Below the pieces are notes generated by a model, which did not search any database, was not told the DNA's origin, and was given only the letters and a program-made list of their open reading frames with translations. Position numbers and translations under genes: made by a program. From NCBI GenBank assembly GCA_013239625.1, contig MU053629.1, positions 2,259,567 through 2,323,566 of the forward strand: a stretch of 64,000 nucleotides of DNA, written 5' to 3'. Below are positions 63,771 to 64,000 of this stretch, piece by piece; within the stretch, counting starts at the first letter, position 1, and every line of letters starts with the position of its first letter. This stretch comes from Lama guanicoe (taxonomy: Eukaryota).

Positions 63771-64000
63771 TGGGCACCTGAGCCTGACCGACCTCTGACG
63801 TCACAGGCAGAGTAGCGTGGGCCCATCCTACGGATGAGGAAACCAGCTCGGAAATTAGGTGCCTAGTCAGCCAGCAGCAGAGCTGAGGGTCAAGTCCAAG
63901 CTGCCTGGAAAGTTGAGGCTCTCCCTCTAGGGCCTGCAATGTGTCCTAGAGTTCCAGTGTGTGTGCAGGGGTGGGAGGAACCAAGCTGAGTTAAATAAGG

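Noticed and set aside
1..64000. CRISPR arrays, operons or other prokaryotic/phage systems
   Set aside because: The sequence is intron-containing mammalian DNA; no regularly spaced repeat-spacer array was seen.

Overview
Mammalian genomic DNA, not prokaryotic; most short ORFs in the supplied track are noise. It is probably a camelid, judging from tRNA-Ala-derived SINEs resembling vic-1. Three spliced genes can be built from splice signals and recognisable peptides. (1) The 3' part of ZNF609 on + (six coding exons 2299-9303, then a non-coding terminal exon 9580 to ~14010). (2) The complete ornithine decarboxylase antizyme 2 gene OAZ2 on - (ATG at 28358, stop at 16391). Its exons join to 571 nt, which gives a 189-aa protein only with a +1 ribosomal frameshift at UCC-UGA (19135-19130) followed by an RNA pseudoknot. 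(3) RBPMS2 on -, from the RRM-encoding exons to the 3' end (55620 to ~45995); its first exon lies beyond the window. There is a 582-nt assembly gap (27733-28314) in OAZ2 intron 1 next to the CpG island. The most striking mechanism here, antizyme frameshifting, is already known. Candidate undescribed items are a possible uORF in the OAZ2 leader, a 127-bp direct duplication with an 88-bp identical core in RBPMS2 intron 1, a TCACGCG cluster, and an orphan CpG-rich island. Gene and repeat identities come from recognition, not database searches; repeat boundaries are approximate.
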